Assembly (NCBI GenBank): GCA_041736305.1
Contig: JBGSTX010000041.1
Location: forward strand, 1-28,312
Length of the DNA: 28,312 bases
Direction of reading: 5' to 3'
Source of the DNA: Oligoflexus sp.
GTDB taxonomy: Bacteria; Bdellovibrionota_B; Oligoflexia; Oligoflexales; Oligoflexaceae
Numbering within the stretch: the first letter of the stretch is position 1; every line of letters starts with the position of its first letter. Below the pieces are notes generated by a model. The model ran no database searches. It saw nothing but the letters and a program-made list of their open reading frames with translations, and had not been told where the DNA came from. This document shows, piece by piece, positions 16,791 through 27,070 of this stretch. Made by a program: the position numbers and the translations under genes.

Positions 16791-17261
16791 ATGGTAAGCA
16801 TCAAGATCAACGGTCAGAGCAAGGAGGTCAAAGGACCTAGCGATATGCCACTGCTCTGGGCCCTAAGGGAAGAACTCGGCATGACCGGTACGAAATTCGG
16901 CTGCGGAATCTCTGCCTGCGGAGCATGCACCGTGCATGTCAATGGTGAAGCCGTCAAGTCCTGTGTTCGGCCGCTCAACTCCCTCAACGGACAGGAAGTC
17001 AAGACCATCGAAGGAATCGGTTCCGACGGTGCTCTGCACCCAGTCCAGCAGGCCTGGCTAGACGAAAACGTATCTCAATGCGGTTACTGCCAACCCGGAC
17101 AGATTATGGCCGCCGTGGCCCTACTGAATAAGAAGACTAATCCCAGCGATACAGAAATAGACGAAGCGATGTCGAGCAACCTCTGCCGCTGTGGGACTTA
17201 CCCGCGTATCCGCAAGGCGGTCAAGCGCGCAGCCTCGGTCATGCAGGGAGCTGGCAAATGA
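16791..17261 (+). CDS. iorA: (2Fe-2S)-binding small subunit, isoquinoline 1-oxidoreductase alpha-like
   Basis: [17 protein letters not shown] and [20 protein letters not shown] overlap with the next gene. Confidence 0.95.
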   Translation: MVSIKINGQSKEVKGPSDMPLLWALREELGMTGTKFGCGISACGACTVHVNGEAVKSCVRPLNSLNGQEVKTIEGIGSDGALHPVQQAWLDENVSQCGYCQPGQIMAAVALLNKKTNPSDTEIDEAMSSNLCRCGTYPRIRKAVKRAASVMQGAGK

Positions 17262-19849
17262 TAGAATCCAATTCCTTTAATCGTCGACAGTTTATGATTA
17301 GCGCTACTCTGCTTGCGGGGGGGCTCGTTGTTGGCTGCCGCACCACGCGGGGTTCTGGGGTTTATGATGCCAACGCAGATGGAAAGCCCGTTTTCACTCC
17401 GAACGCGTGGGTTCATATCAAAGCCGATGGCCAGGTGATCTTGATCCTCGATCGGGTAGAAATGGGTCAGGGGACGATGACTGCCCACGCGACTATCATT
17501 GCTGAGGAACTTGGGGTAAATGCCCAGCTGGTTAAAGTAGAGTTTGCACCTCCAGGTGCAGCCTATATCAACCCTCTGCTGGGTGGACAGATCACGGGAG
17601 CGAGTTCGAGTACTCCAAGCAGCTGGCAACCTCTGCGCCTAGCAGGAGCCGCGGCACGAGAGATGCTTACCGAAGGGGGAGCCCAGAAGCTGGGAGTTCC
17701 GCTAGCGGAATGCATTTGCGAAGGGGGTTCCATCGTTCATAAGCCAAGTGGCAAATCAGTGGGATTTGGAGCTATCGCTGCATTTACAGCTGAGAATATC
17801 AAAGTTCCCGACCGCCCTCAGGTCAAAGATTTTTCAACCTTTCGACAGCTGGGTAAATCGGTCAAACGACTCGACTCGAAGGCTAAGGTACTTGGCCAGG
17901 CTACCTACGGTATTGATATGAAGCTAGCGGATATGCTTGTCGCAGTAATTGTGCGAGCGCCGGCACAGGGGGCACGTATCCTGAGTTTTGACGACAGCAA
18001 GGCGAAAGCCTACTGGGCCGCCGAGCAAGCAGAAGGCTTTGTTATCCCGACCTCTCGAGGCGTCGCTGTCGTTAGCTCGAACTATTGGTTAGCTAAATCT
18101 GCAGCTTCTCGTATCGAAGCCCGCTTTTCGGAGGGCGAAGCGCCAACCTTTGACGGTGATCTCGCAGCTCTCGCCCGTGCTCGTGGGGTCGATCGGGATG
18201 CGGGACCCATGTTGGTCGTCGATAGAATCGGTGATGCAGCCGCAGCTCACGCAGCCGCAGGCCGTTCGATAGAAGCCAGCTACGAACTTCCTTTCCTACC
18301 TCATCAGACGCTGGAACCCCAGAACTGTACGGCTCACTTCAAAAATGGTCGTCTGGAAATCTGGGCACCCTGCCAAGCAGCGGGCAATGCTTTGAGCGCC
18401 GCGGCGAGGGCTACGGGTCTCAAAGAAGAGGACATTACTTTCCATACTACCTATATCGGTGGAGGATTTGGTCGCCGCTTGGCTGTAGATTACGTACACG
18501 AAGCTGCGGAAATAGCCAAAGCCCTGAGTAAACCGGTAAAAGTGATGTGGACCCGCGAGGACGATACGCGGCACGATTACTATCGACCTGGTATGCTGCA
18601 CGTGATGAAGGCCAGCTTGAACAGTGACAAGAAGATCGCCTCCTGGTCCCAACGCATAGTCGGCCAGTCGATCCTCGCCGCATTTGGTAAGCCGATTCCC
18701 TTAGGACCTCTACCGCAGCGTGGACTGGGGAGTGATGAGGGAGCCAAAGATCAAGTAGCAGTCACACCGCCCGGAGTTCCTAGCCTCGATAATTTTGTAA
18801 TCGAAGGTGCCGAAAAAATTCCCTATGAAATGGGCGCGCGCCTTGTGCAGTACCGCGCGCTTGAGACGGGCGTTAAGGTAGGTTTCTGGCGTTCAGTCGG
18901 GCACTCGCACACGGGCTTTGCGATCGAAAGTTTTATGAATGAGCTGGCGATTGCCGCGGATATCGATGCGCTACAGTTTCGTCGGCGCCTCTTGACTGGC
19001 AAGTCTCGCGAGCTTGCCGTCCTAGAAAAGGCTGCGGCAATGGCCAACTGGGGAACCGAGCCCGCCAAGCCTAGCCAGGGTACTCGCACGCTTGGCATTG
19101 CCATGCACTGCTGCTTCAGTTCCTACTGCGCGCAAGTCGTACAGATACTGCTCGTTGGAAACACGGTAACAGTTGAAAAAGTCTGGTGTGCGATCGATGT
19201 GGGTTTCGCGCTGAATCCCGACATCATCGTTGCCCAGTCGGAAGGTTCAATTATTTACGGACTCAGTGCAGCTCTGAAGCAAAACATTACGATGAAGAAT
19301 GGCGCCGTCGAACAATCGAATTTCAATAACTGCCCGATTCTGCGGTACAATGAATCGCCTGAGATTTTTGTAAGTCTGGTAGGTAGTACCGACAGCACAG
19401 TGCCACCAACAGGCGTCGGTGAAGTCGCGGTTCCAGCTTTAGCTCCTGCTCTTTGCCATGCAATATTCCGTGCGTCGGGCAAGATCTACCGGAAAATGCC
19501 CATCCCTCTTGCAACGGGTAAGGTACGAGCTAGCAATACGGCTGGAGTGGGAACAGGAGCAGGATCCACAGTTGACCCCGAGTTGCGGCAAGCAGCTCAG
19601 GATGCAATTGACAGTAACTGTGGTCCTTGCCACAACGCTCCCGCTGAAGAAGGTGGGATCAGTAATGTTGGTGATCTGAACGCGTTGGAAAAAAGTAGGG
19701 GTACCCGCCGGCGTTACAAAATGATCGTCGGGCAGTCGATGCCACCACCTACAGAGGAAAACGGTCAATTCATTTCGCCCATATCTGCCCAAGATAAATC
19801 GGCCATCTTCAAGTGGATTGATGCAGTGGCTAAGGCTAGAGGAGAATAA
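17258..19849 (+). CDS. iorB: Xanthine dehydrogenase-family molybdopterin-binding subunit (IorB-like) with Tat signal and C-terminal c-type cytochrome
   Basis: NRRQFM twin-arginine leader, [31 protein letters not shown]; Gly-rich linker, then CGPCH...SMPP...IFKWI. Confidence 0.93.
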   Translation: MIESNSFNRRQFMISATLLAGGLVVGCRTTRGSGVYDANADGKPVFTPNAWVHIKADGQVILILDRVEMGQGTMTAHATIIAEELGVNAQLVKVEFAPPGAAYINPLLGGQITGASSSTPSSWQPLRLAGAAAREMLTEGGAQKLGVPLAECICEGGSIVHKPSGKSVGFGAIAAFTAENIKVPDRPQVKDFSTFRQLGKSVKRLDSKAKVLGQATYGIDMKLADMLVAVIVRAPAQGARILSFDDSKAKAYWAAEQAEGFVIPTSRGVAVVSSNYWLAKSAASRIEARFSEGEAPTFDGDLAALARARGVDRDAGPMLVVDRIGDAAAAHAAAGRSIEASYELPFLPHQTLEPQNCTAHFKNGRLEIWAPCQAAGNALSAAARATGLKEEDITFHTTYIGGGFGRRLAVDYVHEAAEIAKALSKPVKVMWTREDDTRHDYYRPGMLHVMKASLNSDKKIASWSQRIVGQSILAAFGKPIPLGPLPQRGLGSDEGAKDQVAVTPPGVPSLDNFVIEGAEKIPYEMGARLVQYRALETGVKVGFWRSVGHSHTGFAIESFMNELAIAADIDALQFRRRLLTGKSRELAVLEKAAAMANWGTEPAKPSQGTRTLGIAMHCCFSSYCAQVVQILLVGNTVTVEKVWCAIDVGFALNPDIIVAQSEGSIIYGLSAALKQNITMKNGAVEQSNFNNCPILRYNESPEIFVSLVGSTDSTVPPTGVGEVAVPALAPALCHAIFRASGKIYRKMPIPLATGKVRASNTAGVGTGAGSTVDPELRQAAQDAIDSNCGPCHNAPAEEGGISNVGDLNALEKSRGTRRRYKMIVGQSMPPPTEENGQFISPISAQDKSAIFKWIDAVAKARGE

Positions 19850-19864
19850 GCTCTCGCGCTTCGT

Positions 19865-19889
19865 CCGCCGAGCTGTCTAAGCTCGGCGG
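19865..19889. terminator. Hairpin between convergent genes
   Basis: Perfect 10-bp stem ccgccgagct-gtcta-agctcggcgg. Confidence 0.75.
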
Positions 19890-19891
19890 CT

Positions 19892-21163
19892 TCATACCCC
19901 CGTGAGACTATATTTCCGGCGCTTGGCATCGATAGTAGAGCGTGGGAGGTTGAGGCCTTTGGCTGCTTGTCCGATCGACTGGTGACGGTTCAAGGCGTTG
20001 GCGATAATAGCTTTTTCGAATTCGCCAACGAGTTCTTCAAAATCTCGGTCTTCATCTGCCGCCTGGTTAAAATCCATTCCTCCTTCCTGTTTGAGCTCGC
20101 GCCGCACGCCGTCGATGGGCTTAGCAAGCGGCTCCAAATCTCGAAAATTAGGGAAATTATCGGCACTCAAATCCAGTCCATCCAGTTCGCAGGTCAAAAG
20201 CCAGGCTTGTAGGCTTTTGAAAAGTTGCCTGATATTGCCTGACCAGTAAAATCCTCTTAGCTTGGCGACCAGTAAATCAAAATCTCGGCTCGATAATAAA
20301 ATATCGCGACTCGAAAGAAACAGAGCTAGCAGGGGAGGGATGTCCTCTCTGCGTTCGCGCAGCGGTGGTATGTAGAGGTCCAGTCCCATCATGCGCGTGC
20401 GAATATCCAGCAAAAATCTGCCTTCGCGGACTTCTAGATCCAAATCCTTAGTAGATGCCGCTAGAAGCTGGAACTGGCTCCGATGCGTTTTGGTCTCACC
20501 GAGGCGATTGTAGCTCCCATCATTAAGGACTCTGAGTAGCTTTTGCTGCACAGGGATAGAAAGGTTCTGAATTTCATCGAGGAAAAGAATGCCGCCGTTT
20601 GCCTCACCTATATAACCCGTCGTCGAATCATCAGCCCCGGTAAAGGCACCTTTCCGGTGCCCGAAGAGGAGTGACTCCGACAGATTCCCTGTGATCGTCG
20701 CGCAGTTGACCGCCACAAAAGGAACTTTGCTGCCGTCTTCGCAACGCATCCTATGGATAAGTTTAGCGACTTCTTCTTTGCCTGTGCCGGTTTCGCCGGT
20801 TATTACGCATGAAGCGTGCTTTTTAGCTACGAGTCGCGCGAGCCGATGAGCCCGATCCCCAAGTACTATTCCATACGGATAAGCAGCAGCAAAGTCTTGC
20901 CAGTGTCCGCTAGGAGACTTTACTTTCGTGGATTTGTTAGCTTCGCTGACCAGCAGTTTTCTCTCACTGGCCAGTTTGAACGCGATGACAATCTCATCAG
21001 ATTTAGAAAGAGGTTTGCGAATGAAATGATGAGCACCGACCGCTAAGGCAGCGTTGACGATCTCTGACCTCGGATCGCTAGACGTGGCCACGATCGTTAG
21101 AGTGGGCTGTTGTTCCTTTGCCGCTTTGATCACCATGAGGCCATCGGGAGTTTCAAGAGTCAT
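19892..21163 (-). CDS. Sigma54-dependent NtrC-family enhancer-binding protein with partial receiver domain
   Basis: GETGTGKE, ESLLFGHRKGAFTGA, FLDEI, WSGNIRQL, C-terminal Fis-type HTH. The N-terminus holds only the second half of a REC domain (DGL..., IVATS, FIRKP). Confidence 0.9.
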   Translation of the reverse strand: MTLETPDGLMVIKAAKEQQPTLTIVATSSDPRSEIVNAALAVGAHHFIRKPLSKSDEIVIAFKLASERKLLVSEANKSTKVKSPSGHWQDFAAAYPYGIVLGDRAHRLARLVAKKHASCVITGETGTGKEEVAKLIHRMRCEDGSKVPFVAVNCATITGNLSESLLFGHRKGAFTGADDSTTGYIGEANGGILFLDEIQNLSIPVQQKLLRVLNDGSYNRLGETKTHRSQFQLLAASTKDLDLEVREGRFLLDIRTRMMGLDLYIPPLRERREDIPPLLALFLSSRDILLSSRDFDLLVAKLRGFYWSGNIRQLFKSLQAWLLTCELDGLDLSADNFPNFRDLEPLAKPIDGVRRELKQEGGMDFNQAADEDRDFEELVGEFEKAIIANALNRHQSIGQAAKGLNLPRSTIDAKRRKYSLTGV

Positions 21164-21229
21164 CGGTTCGGCGCCCTGCCTCGATGTTTTTGAATCCTAC
21201 TTGGCAGACTAAAAAAGGTGGATCCTGAG

Positions 21230-22186
21230 ATGCAAAAAGCTCTTTACAACGTTCTTCTTCTCGCGAGTCTGCTCGCCTCCTGCGGTGAATCTCAAAGCGA
21301 TAGTCTGCCGAAGTTTACCCTCGGCCTGTCTTTGGTCGATACCACACGCGGACACGAAGATCTCACACGCTTTGCGGTTGAAATGACCAATCAGCGCATC
21401 AAAGATAAACTCGGCCTCAGCGAGTACTTTGCGAGAATTCCGCAAGGAGAGAATGGCGGACGGAGCTCTTTGCCTATGGTCAAGGGATCCTTTGATACAG
21501 ACTGGGCCGTGACGCTGGTGAGGTCTAAGCGCTCGGGGGAGGCCCTTATAAACTTCTACGGCGTGGGCTGGGTCAACAGCGGTACCGAGTGGCAGAATTT
21601 CCCTTGGCTGCAGTCGCTGCATTTTCTCAGAGATCGCGATGCTGCTGATCAGGTCTATGGTCTCGAAGAGAGTCTCGAAAGCGGCCGTGAGAAGATTTCG
21701 AAGGCGTTTCAACAGAGTATAGTGAGCAGCGGCAAGCGCGATGTATCTCATTACTGGCTCGGACACACCTTGCACATCGTTCAGGATTCCTTCTCAAAGG
21801 CTCACACGGTGCGAAGTCCTGATTTTAAGTCGATTCTTAACATTTGTACTTTTGGCGAGAAAACGTCGGCAGCTGCTTGCCAGCATCCAGAGCCTCTGTC
21901 TTTTGAAGGAGAGCATCCTGTGACTGGTGCTCTCTTTGATGACGACCGGGTCTGGGTTCCTGATGATGACGCCTGTGATGGGCCCACTGAGAGGGACTGG
22001 TCCTGCCTCAAGCCCGAGGCCAAAAAAGCCGCCGCAGTCAGTGCGGGCCTACTTTTTCTCTACGCGCAGCTGGTCGGTAATGGACAGGTGGCACCAAAAT
22101 CCGACGGTTTCGAGGAGATAGAGTCGTTTATGCTGAGAGAAGACCTGTGGCAGGGTGGTCATTTTAAAGGTGCGTGGGAACATTAA
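21230..22186 (+). CDS. Lipoprotein with Zn-dependent phospholipase C/P1-nuclease/Het-C-like helical metal-binding motifs
   Basis: Lipobox LLASC; HEDLT, SLHFL, WLGHTLHIVQDSFSKAH. Start chosen at ATG 21230 (ORF track uses GTG 21218). Confidence 0.65.
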   Translation: MQKALYNVLLLASLLASCGESQSDSLPKFTLGLSLVDTTRGHEDLTRFAVEMTNQRIKDKLGLSEYFARIPQGENGGRSSLPMVKGSFDTDWAVTLVRSKRSGEALINFYGVGWVNSGTEWQNFPWLQSLHFLRDRDAADQVYGLEESLESGREKISKAFQQSIVSSGKRDVSHYWLGHTLHIVQDSFSKAHTVRSPDFKSILNICTFGEKTSAAACQHPEPLSFEGEHPVTGALFDDDRVWVPDDDACDGPTERDWSCLKPEAKKAAAVSAGLLFLYAQLVGNGQVAPKSDGFEEIESFMLREDLWQGGHFKGAWEH

Positions 22187-22196
22187 GGGAGCGTCT

Positions 22197-22886
22197 ATGA
22201 AAAAGGTAGTTTGGGGAATATTAGGAGCAGTCTCAGTTTTGCTGCTCTGTCTCCAAGAAGAGGACCGTATCTCTGAAAGTCGCGATCTCATGAGCAGACT
22301 TGATAAGAAAGCTGATGAAGTAAAGGTGGTGCTGGGAAAAGTCAGCGAGCCAGGAAGCAAGACTCTCGAGCCCGAGGAGTACTGGCTGCAGTATGCCAAC
22401 GATTCTTCGAGCTACGGTGTCGAATTTGAAGAGTCGGGACCACGGATTTTTCTCAATAGTTCACAGAATGTGCTGAAAAAGGCGATCAAAAGCCTTGAAG
22501 ATCGGAGTTCTCTGCTCGATTTGCTGAACCAGCCTTTAAATCATCAGGCTATTCTTCAGCACTACGGGTCCTTGCCTAAGGATTTCCACTTCGTCGAAGA
22601 AGCAAGTCGCGTGAAGATGCTCAATCTGCTCATTGCTGGGCTAGAGATTACACAGGGCGATCACACCGAAACGCTACAGACGGTGGACAGTATTCTCAAG
22701 ATCCAGCCGAGTACAGTCGCGAATGAAGGTTTGGCCAAGTCAATAGCGGGCGACCAGTTGAGGCTCCTAGCTGCTCTGCACAAATACGCTCCCGTCCACT
22801 ATCAATCAGTCGCAAGCGAGCTGAAGCGCGAAGAAAGTCAGAGCAAGATAATCGCCTACTTCGAAACGAGTCTAGTTCAGGACTGA
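22197..22886 (+). CDS. Hypothetical exported or membrane-anchored, probably helical protein
   Basis: AAGGGA RBS and MKKVVWGILGAVSVLLLCL leader; 10 nt after the upstream stop. Confidence 0.75.
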   Translation: MKKVVWGILGAVSVLLLCLQEEDRISESRDLMSRLDKKADEVKVVLGKVSEPGSKTLEPEEYWLQYANDSSSYGVEFEESGPRIFLNSSQNVLKKAIKSLEDRSSLLDLLNQPLNHQAILQHYGSLPKDFHFVEEASRVKMLNLLIAGLEITQGDHTETLQTVDSILKIQPSTVANEGLAKSIAGDQLRLLAALHKYAPVHYQSVASELKREESQSKIIAYFETSLVQD

Positions 22887-22947
22887 GGCTTCTATCAGCC
22901 CTGCCTCCCGGGCCTCCTCGTAGCTGCTTGAGCGAGGAGTAGCCCGC

Positions 22948-24168
22948 TCAGCGAGGGTCGTACCACCGCGCTACCTGCGGAGCCTCTTCATAAGCGATTG
23001 AGCGGTAGGCGGCATCGATCAGACTCTGCCCCCGCACATTTAAAGCAATGCCCTGACCAGCTTGGTTCATTGTATAGCCGAAAGACATTTTAGCCCGTGG
23101 ATCAGCGAAGCCTACCGAGCCCCCATTACCTGTATGACCAAAGGCATCTTCACTCATGATGAGGCTATCGTTCGCTCCAGCTATATCGTGTCGATTATCA
23201 ATCGCTTTGGCAAATCCGAGCGCAAAGCGCGAGTGTACCTGCAGAGTCGCGTCTAATCCTGCGACGACGACAGCTCCCATCGTTTCTAGCGAGGATCGTG
23301 GCACGAGACGTACCCCATTGAAGGAGCCATCCAAAGCTAGAGGTCGATACATGCCGGCCAGCCCTCTGGCGTTAGTAATACCATTCGCAGCCGGGATTTC
23401 AGCCGCATGAACCTCAGGTTTATCGATGGCGCCAGGCAAGATCAGACCGCCTGAATTTCTTGCAATCATCCCTGGAATCGAATGCTCATCGGTGAAGGCC
23501 ATGCGGACAAAAGTCGAAGGAATCTCTGCAGATTTTTTAGCCGGCAAGAGATGAGCGACTCTACTCTCTAGCTCGGCAGGTAGACCTATCCAGAAATCCA
23601 GACCCAGAGGCTCGGCCACCTCTTCACGAAAAAATCTGCCTATGGTCTTGCCCGTTACGCGCCTCACAAGTTCGCCTACAAGGTGACCGAAGGTGAGAGC
23701 GTGATAGCCGTGACGGGTTCCTGGTTCCCAGAGGGGCTTTTGAGCTGCAAGACTGTCGACGACAGCCGACCAATCACAGTAACCATTCTCCGGCATCGGT
23801 TCACGCAGCGAGGCAAGGCCGGCCTGATGCGAAAGGAGCATTTTGAGGGTGATGTGCTCTTTCCCCTGCACCGCAAACTCTGGCCAATAAAGGGAAACAG
23901 GAGCATGGAGATTGAGATCACCTCGCCCAGCGAGCATGTGTGCGCACAAAGCCACGGCCCCTTTGGTGCTCGACCAGACGACGCTGATAGTATCGCGTTC
24001 CCAAGGACGGTCGATTGCAGGATCGGCCAGTCCACCCCAGAGGTCGACCACTGTTTCACCCCTGAAAGTTAGAGAAACCGAAGCACCTACCTCACCATGC
24101 TTAGTAAAATTATCTTGAAAAGCCTCAGCCACTTTCTGAAACTTTGGATCGCAGTACCCCTGTATCAT
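22948..24168 (-). CDS. Serine hydrolase, beta-lactamase-like family VIII esterase
   Basis: VDLWGG, WSSTKG (SxxK), LLSHQAGL, GYHALTFG, FGHTGNGGS; no signal peptide; ATG 24168 with GGAGG RBS. Confidence 0.92.
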   Translation of the reverse strand: MIQGYCDPKFQKVAEAFQDNFTKHGEVGASVSLTFRGETVVDLWGGLADPAIDRPWERDTISVVWSSTKGAVALCAHMLAGRGDLNLHAPVSLYWPEFAVQGKEHITLKMLLSHQAGLASLREPMPENGYCDWSAVVDSLAAQKPLWEPGTRHGYHALTFGHLVGELVRRVTGKTIGRFFREEVAEPLGLDFWIGLPAELESRVAHLLPAKKSAEIPSTFVRMAFTDEHSIPGMIARNSGGLILPGAIDKPEVHAAEIPAANGITNARGLAGMYRPLALDGSFNGVRLVPRSSLETMGAVVVAGLDATLQVHSRFALGFAKAIDNRHDIAGANDSLIMSEDAFGHTGNGGSVGFADPRAKMSFGYTMNQAGQGIALNVRGQSLIDAAYRSIAYEEAPQVARWYDPR

Positions 24169-24380
24169 GCTGGCCCCCTCCCGGTGATTTTGGAACTTTC
24201 TCCGACCATTCATGGGAGCTTATACGACTATGCTTGGCTGAGCGGCAAGGCGCTTCCTGTATGGTGCGCCGGGCTGCAGCTGGTCCGTCCGCTGGTTTTT
24301 GCTTTTGGACGCGCCTGACTTTGGTTATGCTGCGCGGACGAGTTTTAGATGAAAATAATCAATCAAGGAGAGGCGGACGC

Positions 24381-25535
24381 ATGATCAACTTTAAGCTATC
24401 GGAGCAGCAAGAGGCCCTTCGGGAGACGGCGCGGAAGTTTGCACGGCAGGAAATGATGCCAAGTGCTGCTCGCTACGACCAGACTATGGAGTATCCGAAA
24501 GAGATTATCGATAAGGCGCACAGCTTAGGATTGCTGAACGTCTGTCTGCCAGAAGACCTGGGGGGAATGGGTCTGCCGGCTGTCGATCAAATCATCATAG
24601 GCGAAGAATTGGCCTATGGCTGTACTGGTATGTCGACGGCTATGGGGGCCAACGATCTTAGTCTCGGGCCACTTTTGATCGCGGGAAATGCAGCGCAAAA
24701 AGAAGAGTTTGCGCGCCCGATGGTCGACAAACCCCTCATGGCAGCCTACTGCGTGACCGAGCCAGGTGCTGGTAGCGATGTTCAGGCGTTGCGAACCACG
24801 GTTCGAAGAGACGGTGACAACTACATCATGAACGGCGAAAAGATGTGGATCACCAACGCCTCAAAGGCTTCTTGGTATTATGTGCTGACAACTTTGGACC
24901 CCAAGCTCGGCTTCAAAGCGATGTGTGCCTTTGCCATTCCAGCCAATCTTCCCGGTATTCAAGTTGGCAAAAAAGAAATCAACATGGGGCAACGCTGCTC
25001 GGATACCCGCGGCATTACCTTCAAAGATGTCAAAGTTCCTAAGAAATATCTTTTAGGCAAAGAAGGCGACGGTTTCAAGATTGCGATGAAGGCCTTTGAT
25101 ATGGCGCGTCCTGGGACTGCCACCGCTGCCGTCGGACTCGCTCAATGCGCCTTTGACCACGCTGTACGCTATTCCCAGGAACGCCAGACTTTCGGCAAAC
25201 CAATCGCCTCCCATCAGGGCGTAGCTTTCATGCTTGCGGACATGGCTCAGGAGATCGAAGCCGCCCGTCTACTTGTCTATAAATCGGCCTTTCTGCACGA
25301 TCAAGGCGAGCGCAATACAAAGGCTGCTTCGATGGCGAAATGTTTTGCTGGTGATACAGCTGTTCGCACAGCAGTCAATGCCTTGCAGATTTTTGGGGGT
25401 TACGGCTACAGTACCGAGTATCCGATGGAGAAACTCTACCGTGACGCGAAGATTTTCCAAATTTATGAAGGTGCCAATCAGATTCAACGTCTGATTATCT
25501 CGCGTCACGTCTTAGATGAGAATGCGATCGGCTGA
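24381..25535 (+). CDS. Acyl-CoA dehydrogenase (medium-chain-like)
   Basis: YCVTEPGAGSDV, NGEKMWITN, RQTFGKPI, QIFGGYGY, IYEGANQIQR; AAGGAG RBS, start 24381. Confidence 0.96.
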   Translation: MINFKLSEQQEALRETARKFARQEMMPSAARYDQTMEYPKEIIDKAHSLGLLNVCLPEDLGGMGLPAVDQIIIGEELAYGCTGMSTAMGANDLSLGPLLIAGNAAQKEEFARPMVDKPLMAAYCVTEPGAGSDVQALRTTVRRDGDNYIMNGEKMWITNASKASWYYVLTTLDPKLGFKAMCAFAIPANLPGIQVGKKEINMGQRCSDTRGITFKDVKVPKKYLLGKEGDGFKIAMKAFDMARPGTATAAVGLAQCAFDHAVRYSQERQTFGKPIASHQGVAFMLADMAQEIEAARLLVYKSAFLHDQGERNTKAASMAKCFAGDTAVRTAVNALQIFGGYGYSTEYPMEKLYRDAKIFQIYEGANQIQRLIISRHVLDENAIG

Positions 25536-25566
25536 TCCTTAAAAAAACCCATGAGGAGGCAAGGCT

Positions 25567-26406
25567 ATGGCAGAAGCGAATGTAGGTGCAGGCAGTAGCA
25601 GTGGCAGTGAGAATCGGGGGCAGAATATCGTCACGATCCAGCGGGGCTCGACTTTTGAGATAATTCTCAATCGTCCTGACAAGCGGAATGCGATATCACT
25701 CGAGCTCTGGCATGAGTTGGATCAGGTCATCACCCAAGTGCAGAGAACCAAGGGTGTTCGTTGCGTCCTGCTTCGGGGCGAAGGCAAAGCCTTCTCAACC
25801 GGGGCGGACGTCACGACGTTCATGGCGCTCAAAGAGCTCTATGGCGAGCAGTGGGTGCACAAGGGCCGCATCATAGCCGGCTCCGTGCAGGCAGTAGTCA
25901 ACCGCCTCGAGCGGATTGAACTGCCGACGATCGCTCTGCTGCATGGGCATTGCCTGGGAATGGGACTCGAGCTGGCCATGGCCTGTGATTTTAGGATAGG
26001 GACCGACGAGCTCAAGCTAGGTCTGCCTGAGACGCGCCTTGGTCTGATTCCGGACGTTGGTGGGACGACTCGCCTTACGCGTCTCCTCGGTGTCACGCGC
26101 GCCAAGGAAATGATACTCACCGGTCGCAGCATCAGTGCGTCGACGGCTCTCAACTATGGTTTGATCAGCGAGATGGTTTCTGTCGAAGACCTCCTTAAGA
26201 CGGGAGATCGTTGGGCTCATGAACTGAGTCAGGCGGCGCCGCTGGCGGTAGGCCTAGCGAAACGCGTTATCGATGGGATGAGCGATCTTGATCGCGGATT
26301 TGATCTAGAGGGCTGGGCGCAAAGCCAACTCTATGCGACAGCAGACTTTCATGAAGCTCTGCAGAGTTTTGCTGAAAAGCGGGCACCGGTGTTTAAAGGG
26401 CTTTAA
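25567..26406 (+). CDS. Enoyl-CoA hydratase/isomerase (crotonase) family protein
   Basis: LNRPDKRNA, FSTGAD, GMGLEL and LPETRLG (both catalytic Glu present); GAGGAGG RBS. Confidence 0.94.
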   Translation: MAEANVGAGSSSGSENRGQNIVTIQRGSTFEIILNRPDKRNAISLELWHELDQVITQVQRTKGVRCVLLRGEGKAFSTGADVTTFMALKELYGEQWVHKGRIIAGSVQAVVNRLERIELPTIALLHGHCLGMGLELAMACDFRIGTDELKLGLPETRLGLIPDVGGTTRLTRLLGVTRAKEMILTGRSISASTALNYGLISEMVSVEDLLKTGDRWAHELSQAAPLAVGLAKRVIDGMSDLDRGFDLEGWAQSQLYATADFHEALQSFAEKRAPVFKGL

Positions 26407-26414
26407 TCTTTGCT

Positions 26415-26439
26415 AAGAGGGAGCTCGCAGCTTCCTCTT
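26415..26439. terminator. Hairpin after the crotonase gene, between convergent genes
   Basis: aagagggagct-cgc-agcttcctctt, an 11-bp stem with one G-U pair. Confidence 0.55.
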
Positions 26440-26476
26440 GCACATTAAAAAACGACTCAAGACCATCCTGCTGGGC

Positions 26477-27070
26477 TTAGCGGTCTGATCTGGCTAGTTG
26501 CTCTGTACAAAGAAATATCTCAAAGCTGCCATCGAATGTGCTTTTCTCCGCATCTAAAAATTCAGCTTTTACGGTACCCGAAATCTTTTCAGCAGTGACT
26601 GCTTGAATAACAATCTCCCAAGCCTTCAAGTCTGTCTCCTCTGCTCCATACATTTGAACAGCCGCAGAATTTAAGTCCGCTGTAGAAGCATTAAAGGTGC
26701 CTACTTTTTTGGGAACGGTGATTTCAAGGATTTTTTCAGAATTCCCGGCTACGGTCGCAGGACCGATGAGCTTAGAATAATTCATGCAACCGACCTGCTG
26801 GCCCGATGCAAGCAAGGCATTGATTATAGGCGTCGTGTCAGCCCCTAGAATCGCAGCACTCCCGCTCACTAGCTTCCAGCGCTGCCCTTTCCACGTCCCT
26901 TTCAGTGAGCCCTGAGCCCCTACGGGAGAGACTTGGTCATCGAGTAACTCGAAGTCCGGTATATCTTCAGACGGATCAGACCTCGTTTTTACCGATTTAC
27001 AGGACACTTGCCCCAGCAGCACTGAGCTGAGGAGAAAAAAGACTTTAGTCCGTGATGAAAAAGCTGACAT
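26477..27070 (-). CDS. Hypothetical lipoprotein, probably beta-rich
   Basis: MSAFSSRTKVFFLLSSVLLGQVSC leader; alternating beta patterns with C-terminal ISGTVKAEF..FDGSFEIFLC; start chosen at ATG 27070. Confidence 0.75.
   Translation of the reverse strand: MSAFSSRTKVFFLLSSVLLGQVSCKSVKTRSDPSEDIPDFELLDDQVSPVGAQGSLKGTWKGQRWKLVSGSAAILGADTTPIINALLASGQQVGCMNYSKLIGPATVAGNSEKILEITVPKKVGTFNASTADLNSAAVQMYGAEETDLKAWEIVIQAVTAEKISGTVKAEFLDAEKSTFDGSFEIFLCTEQLARSDR

Noticed and set aside
21209-21775. 188-aa minus-strand ORF as the missing receiver N-terminus
   Set aside because: No REC-like sequence; it is antisense to the lipoprotein gene.
22948-24168. Antibiotic-resistance beta-lactamase
   Set aside because: No signal peptide, and the motifs match family VIII esterases.
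24144-24380. Long N-terminal extensions from the ORF track (also 4278-4394, 9294-9332, 9450-9524, 27071-27169)
   Set aside because: Downstream ATGs give family-typical N-termini and, in most cases, a clear RBS.
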